Notes under the pieces: generated by a model
Told to the model about the DNA's origin: nothing
The model's input: only the letters and a program-made list of their open reading frames with translations
The model's database searches: none
Assembly: GCA_047495785.1 (NCBI GenBank)
Contig: JBLDXI010000013.1
Span: forward strand, 1,240,001 to 1,304,000
Reading direction: 5' to 3'
Origin: Lepidodermella squamata
Taxonomy: Eukaryota > Animalia > Gastrotricha
Length of the DNA stretch: 64,000 nucleotides
Shown: one piece after another, positions 36,553 to 50,227 of the stretch
How positions within the stretch are numbered: position 1 is the first letter of the stretch
Layout: each line of letters opens with the position of its first letter
Made by a program: the position numbers and the translations under genes

Positions 36553-39500
36553 CTACGGATAATGACCCCTTTCATCCTGCTGAATCTGCTGCTTGAAGAA
36601 CTGCTTCGCCTGGCGCCGTTCCGTCTCGTAGGCCGGTATCACTTCGTAACAGTCGGTTAGCACCTCGATAACGGTTTCATGCAAGTTTTTGCGCATTGTT
36701 GCCAAGTGTTGGCCTAGAGTGTGGTCCAAATTAGGCAGGGCCTGGAAGTGATACAGCGCATGCTTGTTTCGAAGCTCCTCCGCCAACAACGCCGTATGTT
36801 GGAAATGCACAGTATCTGAAATTTGTGGAAAACATTAAAAATACGGCTCGAAAAAACTTGGGAAATACGAACCATCAGATAAGCCATGGATAACAAAAAG
36901 CTGGTGCAGCTTCAGGTTGCTCAAAATATCCTTGGAATCACCGATTCTGATGGAGGCATCGTAATATGCATCTGTATTTTCGAGCCATAAACCGAGATGT
37001 CGTTCGGTGAAGGTCGAATCTAAAAATTTCAATTAAATCAAGATTTTCGGGTGTTTTTCGACTTACAATGAAGCCGCCATTGAATGATAGGAGCTACAGC
37101 TATGCTACAACGAACTGCGGTTTGCTCCCCCACCGCCAGTTTCGTAGCTAAATAGCCACCGTAGTCGTAACCGAAGACAGCTGTTTTCCGCTTCTCGACG
37201 AAGTTGTACATCTTCTGAAAGTATTCAACAGCCTTCAACTGGTCTTGAAGTTCGTAATGGCCAAGCCGTTTGTACACGGCCTGTTCGTAGACCAGACCCT
37301 GGCCGAAAGTGCCTCGACCGTCGATTTTCACCGAAACAACACCCATCGCAGCTGAGAGGAAGTATTCAAGTGACAGCTTGAATTGCAGGGTGTTTGCAGA
37401 CGACTGCGGCTCATTGTCGACGATTAGCAGCAGCGGGAAAGCGAAGACGTGCTTACGATTTATCTGCGGCGAAAATAGGATCCGGGCCCAGGCTGTTTGT
37501 TGCAGTTGCGGGTTGCTCGAAGTTCGATTCAGTTCGATTTTATGCCACTCAACGATGGGTAATGATCGATTGTTGTAGAGCTCTCGCAACTGCTCATTCC
37601 CCTCTAGAGTATGGACTAGCTCAGGGGTGACAGTCGAGTTGGCGATAACTAGCCGGTAAATTGCGGAAAAAGGCACTCCGATTGGCACCATATGAGGTTG
37701 ATTGTAGTGAGGCGACTCTTTGTCGAGCGGCGCTTCGCAGTGGTAGAGGATGAGTGGCGAAACCCCAGCGTAGACGTTATTCAACGAGAATTCAGCGCGG
37801 CCGTACATGCAGTCAAACTGGCACGAGATGCAAACCAGCGAACTGCAGTCTCGGTAGTCAGGATGGGACGCGTAGACATTGACAGCGTACAAATTCCTCA
37901 TACGCGTGTCGCTCATCGAGTCATTATCAGCAGCCGCCATGAAGTACAGCAAGTTGTTGACGGCGTCGAAATGCACGATTTCTTGCACGTCGAACTGGCC
38001 ACAGGCCTGCAAAACCGGCGCCATGTCGCCGCCGCCGATTGAAAAGGCCGTTCTCAACGCCTTCGGCAGCAAGTAGATCTGCCGAAATGCTTGAATGCTG
38101 GTCATCGACGGCCAAATCATGAATGTTGCCTCGCCAAAGTTGAGGAAACTCAACCTCGGCAGCCAGGAACCGCCAGCCGGAGCACGCTGGGCGAGCGGGA
38201 ACGGCATTTCACCCCCTCGCCAAGAATTCGGGTGGGCGAATTGATAACGAAAAACGGTGCTTTGATTCTGGAAACGGTTTTGACACGTCATCAGAACTGA
38301 GGATGAGTTGATCCACGTGACTGACGTCAAATAGGCGCAGGGTGACCCGGGCGCCCCGCCCAACGGAGCACCCGGCGATGGGAAGATCCTTTCCAGCTTT
38401 TTCGGGTCATTCTGCTCGCGATTTGTGTCGACTATCATAACTTCAAAGGTCGGTATGTGCTTTATCGACTCCTTGTGCCCTGCTTTCGGATAGTGAACCT
38501 GGCGCTGGCATGAGAATATGTCCTCTGGGTAGTAGAATGGCACGGAGAAAGACGGCACCTCCGTGTCGTTGAATACTGCAAATACCAAGAATCGAGAATC
38601 TGGCGACCACCAGATGGCGTTGTCAGTCTTTAGCAAATCCTCTTCGTAGAGCCAATCCGGGATCCCAGCGTAGACAACATCGCGTTGCCCACGGAAAACT
38701 TCGACAGGAACCGTAGTAAACGGAGCTTCGACAAAGTACAAAATGTCATCGGCATGGAAGGCGATTTTCGATTCGCTAGGTGACCAAACGGCGAATCGAA
38801 GCTGAGATCGATCGTTGAAAAATTTCGCCAGGTCTTGCGGGACATTCGGCGCGGTTGGCGGTGTTCCAGTTGGGAAAGCACTGTAAAAAAAATCGGTAAA
38901 TTTGCACGTGGAAGTTTACGATGATGAAAACAGTCTATAGAAGTGTTAAATTCAGGGCAAGCGAAATCGATAAAAACAGGGCATGACAAAATGATGTGAA
39001 AAAGCAGAATCAAGTGAAGGAAAGCAAGCCTCCAAATATTTCTCTTCAAATTCTACTATTAGCACTCGAATAAAAAATTTCAAAATTCAAGCTTTAAAAT
39101 CACTCGTTTATATATATTGTGATGTGAAAAGCGAATAACGCAGGTAAAAAAAATTACTAGTGTTCTACATGTGAATTCGAGAAAAAGTGATAAATAAAAC
39201 GCTTGTTACTTGTTATCATCATCTTCTTCAACCGGTGCTTTATTTCTAAAAATTTAGGAAAAATTGCATGAAACACAGCATGAAAGTCCTTTTGTTAGTC
39301 TTATGATTATTCCTATATATTGGAGATTTCTAAGCAAAGTTGTTAATATTAACTCCGTTATAGCAATCATAATTTTTAGTTAAGCGCCAATTAACACAGT
39401 AGTAGTATGTTATGTCAAATTTTGGAAAGTCTGCGCCAAGTCGAACTCACACGAAACTACATGAACTTACGCTTCCATAGGCTTTCCATAAGCCGGAATT

Positions 39501-42500
39501 AAAGGGTTATCTCTACAATTTTCGATACACAGGCAGTAGCACAAACATTTCAATAAATACACGAAAATGAAAGCTGATTTTGTTCCCTTTGTTCAGCGTC
39601 GACGACACAAGGGAGGGTAATGAAAGCTGGGGTTGATAATATATGAAGCGAAAATTCGATCTATAACCAACCTGTCATCGCCGAGGGAAGTTATGTAAAA
39701 CTCTGACAACGTTGAGTAGCGATTCAGTTTCCTTGAGCCATATTTCAGCAGGATAAACTGCTCATCCGCTGATATTTTCCAATCAGTAATCGTCGTAGAA
39801 GGCGTGAAAGCCTGAATGTAAATATTTCAAAAACAATAAGATTTTCCTCTATAGTTTTACCAGGGTAGTGTTCCTCATGATGACGGTTGTCGCGTTGTTC
39901 GGTGGCATAGTAAAAGCGACAAGATTGTTGTAGTTATCAAAGTAGGCGAGCCGGTTATCTCTCAGCCACTGGTATCGCTTCGGAACAACGCCGAATTCGT
40001 ACTGAAGGATGTCGCTCATAGTTAGATTCGGCTTTATTTTTGGCAAGTCTTTGCCTGTTGAAAAGAGAAAAATTCGAGGGTTAGCACTAAAATCTGGTCA
40101 GGGCAATCGCAAATGCAATTCGAACATTCAAACAGTTGAACAGCTTGAAAAAATAAACAACGTTAACGTCGACGTCAAATTACAAGCCACCGGCTCGGTG
40201 TATGTCTCTAGTCGTTGTTACATATAAATGGAAAGCTTCAAGTGCAGGGGTAGCACTTTGCAAGAAATGTGTTTGTTAGTAGGGATTTTCTTTGCTCGGC
40301 AGCAAAAGGTCAACAATATGTGATAAAGAGGACAACAAATTTCACGCCACGCAAAATTCAGGAACGGTCCTTAAAATAATTAGATTCGGGTTAGTAGCAA
40401 AGCTTTTCGAAAAATTCGGTGCAAATTAAGAAATTCATCGTGTGAAAACTTAAATTTTTTTTCCATTTAAAAATTGAATTCACAAATATTATAACAACGA
40501 ACACAGTCTATAGCTAAACGATTTTCACTGCCTAAACCTAATTCACTGGACTGTACGCACAAAGTCGATCGATCAAATACAACCACCGAAGGTAAAACAA
40601 CGCTACTATTTTGAAAATTATTTTAGCTTACGAAAGCCGAAACTGCCTTCAGAAGACACGGTGGACGCAGTTGACAGGAGATACAACGACAATATAAACA
40701 ACATTTTATTAGAAAACAGGTAAAATCAATCGACGAGTGAAAAAACATGGCTGAAAATGTCAAAATCTAGGCTAATATTCCTATTCTCGGCATTTCATAT
40801 ACAACTAAACACCCAGTTATACACTCATTACTACCTAAAATATAGATAGCACACTAACATGAACCATTCGACGTAAAAAAAAATCGCGCGCAGAGTGATA
40901 ATATTATAGGGGACAGATAGGATTTTTTGTTCATTCCGTTGTTGCATCGGCATATAACAATGCCGAGCACTTCATTCAGTCAGGAAATGACCTAAAGATG
41001 GTCTAAATGGTTCGATTTGTTTTCCGATCATTCCACAATATTTCGTACCAGGTAACAATTTAGTTGTGATCCGTTCCATAGATGAGAAATTTTGTCAAGA
41101 AATAAGTTCAGAAAAAAGTGGTAAAAAAAGAAAGAAAATCACAGCATTCTTGTTCAGTGAAAGTGGCAATGATAAGAAATGTTCAACACACGAACCACAT
41201 TTAACACGGCTAAAGTGTGCGCCGCCGGGTTTTCGACAGGTTGTCTTACGGGTTTAACATATTCGAAACTTTTTTATTCACATACCACCTATGTCCGTGT
41301 AGTTAATCATCAGTGCGCCAGCTATCTTTCGGATCAACTTTGCGCCGCTCTCTATTTACATCATGAGGGGATGTGGCAAGGTGGTTAAGAAAAACATGGA
41401 AAAAATGTTAGTCACAAGATTAATAATTATGAATCATTTTATATATAAGCAACCTTTGCATGGTACGCAAGCTTTCAAACTCATTTCGTGCAAGCGCGAA
41501 TCAAATGTGCGTCGAAGCACTAAAATAACAGCCCAAATCAATCATCTAACATAATTCAAATTTCTATCCGTTTCAACTCATGCCTATTAACGGCTGATTG
41601 ATATGTACTAGAGACTATAGGATTTACGGCTAATTTTAAAAATTTCGGCTTTAAAAATTCAATCACGACATTGATAAAATATGAGCTTACAAATGAGCGT
41701 GAATGAAAACTTCCGTGAGATGTAAAAAATGTGCACAATCCAACTCCGGAAAATCATGAGAAAATCCGTTAATCAAAAAATCATTCTAGCGGTTAGGTTG
41801 CTTGTACATATGATATTGCAGCAGTATTTTTTAGCATTATATTTGTCTGCGGCTCGAATGAATTTTTCACACCATATTATGGATCAAACCTTTCTCATCC
41901 AAGAAGTTGAAACATAAAAACATACCGAAAAACAGATCTGTCGAATATTAATATCGAATTAGGTTTAATTACTTAGGAAAAGTTAACATTTAGTTGAGTT
42001 AATCGATAGGTTTTGGAAAATCTCAAATCATATAAAATAGCTCTGCCTCGAAAACAACGTCACTGAGTATACATGAATAGTAAGTACTACGGACAGAAAA
42101 AATAAAATTCAGCATGCTATAAATATGGGATAAATATTCTCTGATGCTATACCACCCGAAAAAACCTTGTATAAGTGAAATCGGGAACTTACGAGGCGAG
42201 ACTAGGATGACGGCCAAGATGACACAGCCGACGATTCCAACAATGATGAATAAGGAAATGCATATCCCCTTCCAGTTCTTCTTCTCCGGGCTTTGTCCGA
42301 CCAGTTCCTGAAAAATTCAGATGTTAAGTCGAGGATTAGCAATAACGTGTGAAATATTATAAAACGAAGATCTCAATGATATTTCTAGGTATAAATGTAC
42401 TTCAATATCAGTTAGAGCCGCCACGGCGCCCTCATTTTTAATGTAATTAGTAGCCAGGCGCTTGAACGCCGGGACCTTCAGCAGCCGACGAATGACTTGC

Positions 42501-43418
42501 TCAGGGGGTTCGCCCATTTTTCAGCTGAATTCAGGCGATATACACCGGTGGACAATTTTTGTAGAAAAATATAACTCTCGGTTGACAATAGAAAATAAGG
42601 ACGTCTCGTGTTGTTGCAATCGTAAAATGGCGGCACAAAAATTTATGCTAGCCAGTAATGGGTACTTGATGATTGTCAAATGGCCATTCCGTCTCTCATT
42701 AGAGTGCAAATTTACAGCTCGAGCGTAAATAACAATAAAAAGGCGAAAATCATAAATCGCTAATCGCGAGTTGGGTTTCCGATATGGCTCTTCTAAAGCC
42801 GGACATGAAAAAACAGTAATTCTACACGGCGCAGCTGCAAGCTCATCACACGGCGCGTAAAACCAGCGAAAGCGCTTGTAATGCACGGCATTTTATATGA
42901 AAAATTGATTATCAAACTTGTTATTAGATTGCGTGTGATGTTGGACTTGCGCCGAGAGTGCGCCCACGGCCGCACATGCAGCGCTGGCGTCAACTTCCTC
43001 CCGTGCTAGGGTTTCCTTTTATGCTTTTCTTCCTAAGCGCGCGCGAACTAGCACCCAGTTTTTCGCATAGTATTCCGTGTCATCATAGCTGATTAGCGAC
43101 ATATATCACTCGTATATGCTAAATGACCATATTTAGAAACAATGCTAATCCATCATTTCGGAAACTAAATTGACTGGATAAAAAAAAACAGCTTGACTTA
43201 TACAGTGCCATTAAATCTACATATTGGAGGCGTTCAAATCGATTCTACCAATTAAGCATGCTAAACTCCAGTTCAACTGTATTGGTTTAATGAATGATAG
43301 ATTAATGCTAATATATTACCATATCAGACGATGAAAACATAACAAGTATTAACGTCGAAAAGAAGAAAAGTTTCAAGTTTACCTCTTGATCGTTTGATAT
43401 CGTATCTTCGCCCGACAT
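36553..43418 (-). CDS. DPP6: Inactive dipeptidyl peptidase-like protein (DPP6/DPP10 family, Kv4 auxiliary subunit); isoform using the 43418 first exon
   Basis: Exons 43418-43383, 42307-42193 (ELVGQSPEKKNWKGICISLFIIVGIVGCVILAVILVSP, matching the DPP6/10 ELVG...RNWKGI TM exon), 40054-39861, 39811-39672, 39512-39471, 39245-39210, 38880-37067, 37019-36873 and 36815-36553. Motifs GIPDWLYEED, WWSPD, YPKAG, DGRG and HGLSDDTVHFQH; the nucleophile motif GYDYGG has Ser replaced by Asp, as in DPP6. Orthology is to the DPP6/DPP10 pair. Confidence 0.9.
40632..40704 (-). CDS. DPP6/10-like alternative first exon encoding a signal peptide (bypasses the TM exon)
   Basis: aaaATG MLFILSLYLLSTASTVSSEGSFGF + C|gtaagc; phase 1 matches the acceptor at 40054. 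Confidence 0.6.
42401..42517 (-). CDS. DPP6/10-like alternative first exon (MGEPPEQVIRRLLKVPAFKRLATNYIKNEGAVAALTDIE)
   Basis: ATG, 39 codons, GAA|gtacat in phase 0, 93-nt intron to the ELVG acceptor. Confidence 0.5.
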
Positions 43419-46400
43419 TTTGAATTTTCGAAATTATGATTCAATTTTCAAACAGATGACAAATCTTTCCGGCTTTGATGGAAGCACGGTTCAAGAAGCT
43501 CTCACGATTAAATCACAGCCAAGAGTAAAAGGTGGCTAGACACAGAGATACATCATATAGCGTTCGCTGAAAATAGATGACAAATGAAAATATGGGAGTC
43601 GAGCGCTGCTCATGGATAATGCAATTGCCAGAATTCAAAGCTTATTGTTAGAAGGCAAAGAAGCGAGATTTAACTAGATGTTGTTTACGCGCAGTAGTTT
43701 GCATTTTATCGCAATCATCGCATCATTTTATCTAGTAATGAGTTTTGGATTTTTAATAAATATTTATATTTCGACAGCGGCGCCAGATTTACTGCGATTT
43801 TACTTGTTTTACTTCATCATCGCGATAATGTCGATCAGCCACTAGGCGCGTGGGCGGTCGATCGAGTGCAAAATTGGTATAAACAGCAAACGCTGCGATA
43901 CAGCGCAGACGCAATAATATAGTGGCGAAATTCAATACCAAAGCAGCAGCAAGCATAATGTCATTTCATCACTGTCTCCCGGCGAATAAAGAAAGAAAGA
44001 AAGACAGAATGACGGAGCATTAAATTCTATTGCATTATTATCCTCTAGAATCAGGAAGCTTTTAGCGCTACATATAGCTGATTCTTTATTATATATTGGT
44101 TTCGGCCGGTATCTGACCGCGATCATGGCGCTATAAGGCAAGCACTAAATGAGCGTAAAAATATCGAAAATTTGTCAGGCCGCGGAATGGCGAAAGGCAT
44201 TGCTGATGTCAAGGAGCGGGCGGATATCTTAAAACAAATGTTTTCGCCTATTTTTCAGACACAATAACACCACAAGAGGCGGTGCTAAATTTTTTAACGT
44301 AATATATAATATAACGAAATGAAATTTATTACGCACAATATAAAAGTGGCGATAAATTACAAATGGGATCGCGGATCGATTTATGCTTTTTAAATGAATT
44401 ATATACGGCTAGTATAAGTGAAGCCTGTACTAATACTATAAAGGCCATATCATATCGGATGTAAAAGGGCGCATATAATATTGTCTGATGCTATTGAAAT
44501 GGCAAAAGTGCCGCGCTTGTTGGCGATCGCAGCTTTCAGAAAAATTGCGCGCCATTTCTCCGCGTAAAATAATCATTGATCTCGCCACTATTTTCATCGA
44601 ATTTTCAGCTAGTGCAAGTTTTCTGATTAATTCACACGCGATTCGAATGAAGTGGCCTTGTTAAAATTGAAATAGCTGTGTGATCATGTCAAACAATTGA
44701 GCCCATTGATAACTTTTTGCTCAGGGAAGTAGAGGTTGTAAATTTCCATTTTTGGATGAATATAAGCTGCCGGGAAGCCATAGTACCACGGACATGGTGT
44801 TATGGGTGTAATCACATATATATCAGCGGCGAAAGCAACAAGGCATGCCAAAAAGATGCTCTCAGCTCTCTGATGGGAAAAAAACTTGACGTTCTCATAT
44901 CATGTTGCTCGCAGCGCTGGGCAATGCCTGCTCACTTAAGGCTCTTTATATTCTGATGATGATTTGCGGGTATAAGAGGTTTCATCAATATTAGTTAAAT
45001 ATTATGTTATTATAGGTATAGTGAGAAAAATGTAGAAAAAACAGAGGTCTGAGCGTATATGCAAAAAAATCGGTGCGATATTGGGAAATATTGTTATTAA
45101 AGCCACAGTCGGAAATTGAGCGGGCAAAAGAGCGGAAAGATACCGATATGGTTACGCGGCATTGTAGCTGCCATCATTCGATTTTTTTTCAGGCGTGTTC
45201 TGAAAGCACAGGTATGCGATCTTTCGCTGTTTTTGAAATACTATAGCCTCGAAAAGGCACTTGATTACGCCTGTAATAAAGCTTTATTGGCGTGCGATAT
45301 CGCCATATACACGCAGCTGATGAGAGAGTTGAAATTCAAAACTAGCTTAAATTAGGTTAGTCCTATTCTACTTTTCCACCTGGAAATTTGGTTAATATTG
45401 GCTATTGAAATATGGCGATGCAAGTTAATAAGGCAATACGTGCCTTATCAGGATGAAAAAAACGAAAATATGCTCGTCATTCATCATTCAGGCCTTATAT
45501 AGAGACTAATCCCCATCGCTAATTCGAATACATCACTGTATCGATAACTCGCTGTAATTCCTCTGTGTGAAATAAATTAATCGAGCCGAACTTCGCTATA
45601 ATATGCATATCACTGAATTTACATGAGCCCTGTGTACTGTATATTGATGCTTTCAAGTTAAATGAAAACTATCGATATTTTGTTTACATCCATCATTTGT
45701 CAGAGGATGAAACAGAGAAATCGTAGCTAGTATATAAAACTGACTTTACCTCCATGTGGCGATTTAAGATGTTTCGTTGCTTCTAGCAGATGTTTTTCAT
45801 TTCTTCTAAAGCAGAAATGAAACAATAAATTCGGCCGAAGTAAGGAGACATTGAACCACGCAATTGAACGGTTATCTTATCAAAGGTGTGAAAATCCTAT
45901 TCCGGACAACACTTTGCATCGTACTGAAAAATTTTCCGAGGCGAACGCGGTCCATTTGATTGCCAGAAATAACGATTTGTTATTCCAAAAACCTCGGAAA
46001 AAGTGATAATTAAAATATATGCCACGGCTCTGTGGTATATTTCTACGTCTCACTGGCTGTTTTTCCTCGTTATGTAAGCATACAGAGCAGATGGTTGGAT
46101 CCAGAAAATATAATAATGCTGTCCATAATAGAATTGTTCGTAAAAAAAAACGATGGTTTATATCGGTTTGCATCCATCATGAGTAAAAAAGCAGCGTGAG
46201 AATACGATGATGAGGGCGGCGGATCATTAAGACGCCTTATATAATCAGTGAATTATTATACATTCCGCACCGCTCTCTTGACACAGTCTTTAAAAAATTC
46301 GCGCGTGGCCTTAATGCTCAACGCGCCAATAAATATTATGTAAAACGCAGTATAAAAAAAACTTGCAGAAAAATAAGCGCGCAAAAATAAGCCGCAGGGA

Positions 46401-46620
46401 ATTTCCGCAAAAACTCCCAGCTCATGGTATAATGATGAGGATAAGAAGTCGGCTGTCGTTCTTATGCAAAAAATATATGACACTATAGTGACATGAGGAT
46501 TAAAAAACCAGTTTATATATTGTCAAGACCGAATGAGGCCATCGCTTTTATAGCATGACCAGGCTGAAGGTGTATACAACCAAGAAATTTCCGATACGCA
46601 ATAAAACTCGGAAAACTTAC

Positions 46621-46680
46621 TGATAATTCTTCAGGAGTGAGTTCGGGCGCAACGGAGGCGCCATCGGAGCCTGAATCCAT
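46621..46680 (-). CDS. DPP6/10-like alternative first exon (MDSGSDGASVAPELTPEELS)
   Basis: ATG, 20 codons, TCA|gtaagt in phase 0. Confidence 0.6.
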
Positions 46681-47901
46681 TACGGTTTACGCGATGAAAG
46701 ATGAACCGCCCATTTCAACAACAGAATAAACAAAAATATTGCTTCGATACATAGTACAACCAGGAGGTTGATTAATATTATAAGGGATAAATAGAGCTGT
46801 AATTGGGGTTCTTCCCCCTAAAAATGCAAATCCCACAACTTGGTGACAGACACAAAAGGCAAGGGGCTTGATGGGACTGTCCCAACTTATCGAGCAGGCG
46901 TAAAGCTGTCAATCATTGCGGCTAAATAAGAGCTGTTTTCACCCAGCCTCGGACCATCATCAGAGAAATCGCAACTGTTTGGCGCGTATTTTAGCATCGT
47001 TATCTATAATTTATTAACTTGGAATTAATTAAGCAAAACAATTGCAGACAGCCTAATATTACTTGAAGCCTAGAGAAGCGAGTATAATTCCAAGCCTTCA
47101 TTCTCTTACGGGCGCTAAGCGTGGTTCCTAAAACTGTCACCCCCGGCTAATAGAGACTATGCTGTTGATGCTTATATTTGCTACAAATATCGGCACCATG
47201 CGGCGAGATTCGGATGGGCATGAAAGTAGCGCAGCGGCAGCGGCGGCGACGACGGCGTTTAAATTATTAAATGGATAATTTTATCAACTTCCCTAATACA
47301 GCAACGTCAATAACGTTCATCTTCTTAATTATAATATCGCTATTTTTCGCGATCAATCTCTCATCGCCTATTCTTGGGGGAACTAGGTACGGCAAAGCGA
47401 CCGAGATTCGGACTCTCTGATAGAAATAGGGTGAATTTGACGCGACAGTTAGATCATAATATGGACAGCTGTTCGAGTGGCTGGAAATGTTATCCTAAGT
47501 AGGCATTACTTATAAGGCTATTGTAAAATTATTACGATTACAAAAATATATCGAATTATATGCCGGTTTTTTAGGCTGGCAGTTGTTTTATCTAGAACGC
47601 GATTCGAATCATCGACAAGGAATCAAGTTTAGCGATAACTTCATTACGCCGAAACGTGCACTGGCTAGCAAACAGCTGTTTTACACATTATATAGAGTCG
47701 ATTCTTGCGATCGAAAGTGTACGCCGGCTATTACTTAGTTCCGTATTTTACATCGAAACATCAAGACTCACAGGTGGCGTAGTTTTACGTATTTTACGAC
47801 GCCATCTAACGACAATAAAATAAATAATAACATCCGGCTTTTAACTAGCGGTGGGCAGTTTAGAGTTATGATAACATGCATTTTATATGTTTATGACTTA
47901 C

Positions 47902-48009
47902 CAAATATTCGAGATAGTTAGCGTCGAGTGGAGTCAGCGAGCGGCCTTTTTTGGCCTTCCCCTTCCGAAAGGGGTCTGGCCCGCCGCCACCCGAATTAAC
48001 CGAATACAT
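47902..48009 (-). CDS. DPP6/10-like alternative first exon (MYSVNSGGGGPDPFRKGKAKKGRSLTPLDANYLEYL)
   Basis: ATG, 36 codons, a GC-rich island in AT-rich DNA, TTG|gtaagt in phase 0. Confidence 0.65.
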
Positions 48010-49419
48010 CTCGCCGCCGATTAATATTAAATTTTAAGCAACATTTTGCCGCGTATTCATCATTATAGAATATAAGGTGCAGGCTTGAGACAAAAAATGA
48101 AATAAAATCTGAAAACTATACTCGGTGCATGTAAAATCGCGGATTTATACTTGTGCCGCGACTGAAAATAATAGCATTATCATGATAATTAACACCGAGC
48201 TGCGCATCACTCAACACAAGAAAAGGGTCTTGAAGCTACTCAAGCGTATCGGGGCGCAGTTGCTCCTCGCAAAACATATAGAGATCGCTGCCAGAACCGG
48301 AAACTGTTTGTAGCGCAAAAAACGATAAGAACTAGGCGATGCACCAATTTCTCGCTGATGACAGGATGCGCTGTCGCCAATTTGCGATGCATAACTATCA
48401 TGCTCATTTCAAATATAACCGCTCATTATGCTATCATTAAAGTCGAGGAGAGAGACGCAGTTATTTAGCCGATATTTTATGCATGCCTGCGACGTGTAAG
48501 TTGATTTTTGCTTCGATTCAGTGCGCAGTAAACACGCGACTTGAAATTTGCAAGTGGCTTCCCAACTATAATAAACGTGGACCTAATCGTGAGGCTTCTT
48601 CTGATAAATGCTGGAATTAGAGAGGAAAAACCTTCCCGCGAGAGAATACAGCGGTCATATCGTAGGGTGAGAAACACGTTTCCGCTTGTGTTCTTTTAGG
48701 TCATTGCTTGCAGAGTATACAATCAGAACGGATATATCAAGAAATTGTATTATCATGATATTTCTTATAATTTAATGGGATGGAGAAAAATAGAAATTAT
48801 TCGCTATAATATATTAGCCGATATTTACATATTATAATGCGTTGCCAAGTGATGTGTGACATTTTGTGTCGCCTTCATCCGGAATAATAACACCGAAGCT
48901 TTTAAAGATGGGTGATCCACATCGCGCCGCCTTATATAATCGTATAATTTGCTTTCGCCTTTTTTGACGTTTAGAGTCGCCCGCGTCGCGCACTCACCAA
49001 GGGCAGCCATTTGGTCATTATCGAAATGGGCGTGCATGCAGTGAAACGCGTTCGAAATACGCCGTTTGATTGATTGATTGATTACCGTAAAGTATCTCAT
49101 AATAAGTTATCGGTAAATATTTGCGACAAGAACATCAGATTTTTTTATCAAATTACGACGAATTATATATCAAGCTGGTGTATATTGCGAGTAAAGAGGG
49201 AAAGTTCTCGCAGCCAAGTGAAAAGGCCTATACACCGGTGCGTTATCTCATAAATACAGCCTTGCCATTTAGTGATTTTACGGAAGGTGGCAAGGCTTTA
49301 AACGATGTAAACACCTTCATTTCCTAACGTTTGTTTACGCAACTGTTATAACGTTAGCCCTTTAATCACTCAATTATTTGGCAGCCTGAATGAAAAAAAA
49401 ACGAGTTTTTCAGCCTTAC

Positions 49420-49464
49420 CGAAGCTGTTTCGGAGCTCAAAGGCACTGCTTGTTGGGTATGCAT
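49420..49464 (-). CDS. DPP6/10-like alternative first exon (MHTQQAVPLSSETAS)
   Basis: ATG, 15 codons, TCG|gtaagg in phase 0. Confidence 0.5.
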
Positions 49465-49618
49465 TCCAGCAAATGTTAGCTCGTTTCGGTCGGGTTAGTT
49501 GTGAAAAACAGTTGTTAGTAAATTGTTAATAAAAATTGATGCTAAAACGAAGGGTCATTTTATCAAGCAATATATCAAGATCTATACTCATTTGGATGCC
49601 AAGAATTAAGAAGCTCAC

Positions 49619-49681
49619 CTCTTCGAATTGCCGCATGTATGTCTTTCCCCTGGCTCCACCTTGCTTCACCGAGTGAATCAT
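49619..49681 (-). CDS. DPP6/10-like alternative first exon (MIHSVKQGGARGKTYMRQFEE)
   Basis: ATG, 21 codons, GAG|gtgagc in phase 0. Confidence 0.55.
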
Positions 49682-50047
49682 TTTCAAATTTTGCAGTCTC
49701 GGGAAAATTTAGAAGCGTAGTCTATCAACAAGTGAATCACCTCGCGAGCATATATATAGCTTATTTCCAGACTACAGAATGGCCCAACGCCGTAAAATCG
49801 CTGATAGCAAGAAAAACCATATTTTGGCAATGTTTATGGGTAGAGCAAAATACAAAGCCTTTACAAACCCGTGTTGTAAACGATGATAATTTGTAAATTC
49901 ATTTATATCTGCGCACCAGTTATAACCGAAATATCCGGCATAATAATGCGCCGATATAGCCCGCGATCAACATTCGGGATAATGTTGTGGATGAGAAGTC
50001 GCTTCCAAACAAAGGAATCGCGGTGAAAAATAAGAAAAACTGCTATA

Positions 50048-50227
50048 CAGGGTGGCCAAAAAATTCTGCAGAAGGCGAATTCGATGCGCATAAATTTAAT
50101 GAGGAGTTTCGAGAAATTGAGGAGTTCCATTGGCAAAAGAATGTTTAAAATTCATCAACTTCTTAAAACTCCTCATTAAATTGATGCGCATCAAATTCGC
50201 CTTCTGCAGAATTTTTTGGCCACCCTG
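50048..50227. mobile_element. Tc1/mariner-type MITE (180 bp)
   Basis: Near-perfect TIRs of about 70 bp beginning CAGGGTGGCCAAAAAATTCTGCAGAAGGCGAATT, TA on both flanks, short non-coding core. Confidence 0.9.

Noticed and set aside
47953-47981. GC-rich hairpin (ccccttccgaaagggg) resembling a Helitron end or terminator
   Set aside because: It lies within the predicted coding exon 48009-47902, and no CTRR end follows.
48354-48390. CTGATGA words here and elsewhere as possible hammerhead ribozyme cores
   Set aside because: None of those checked is followed by stem II plus GAAA in the right geometry.
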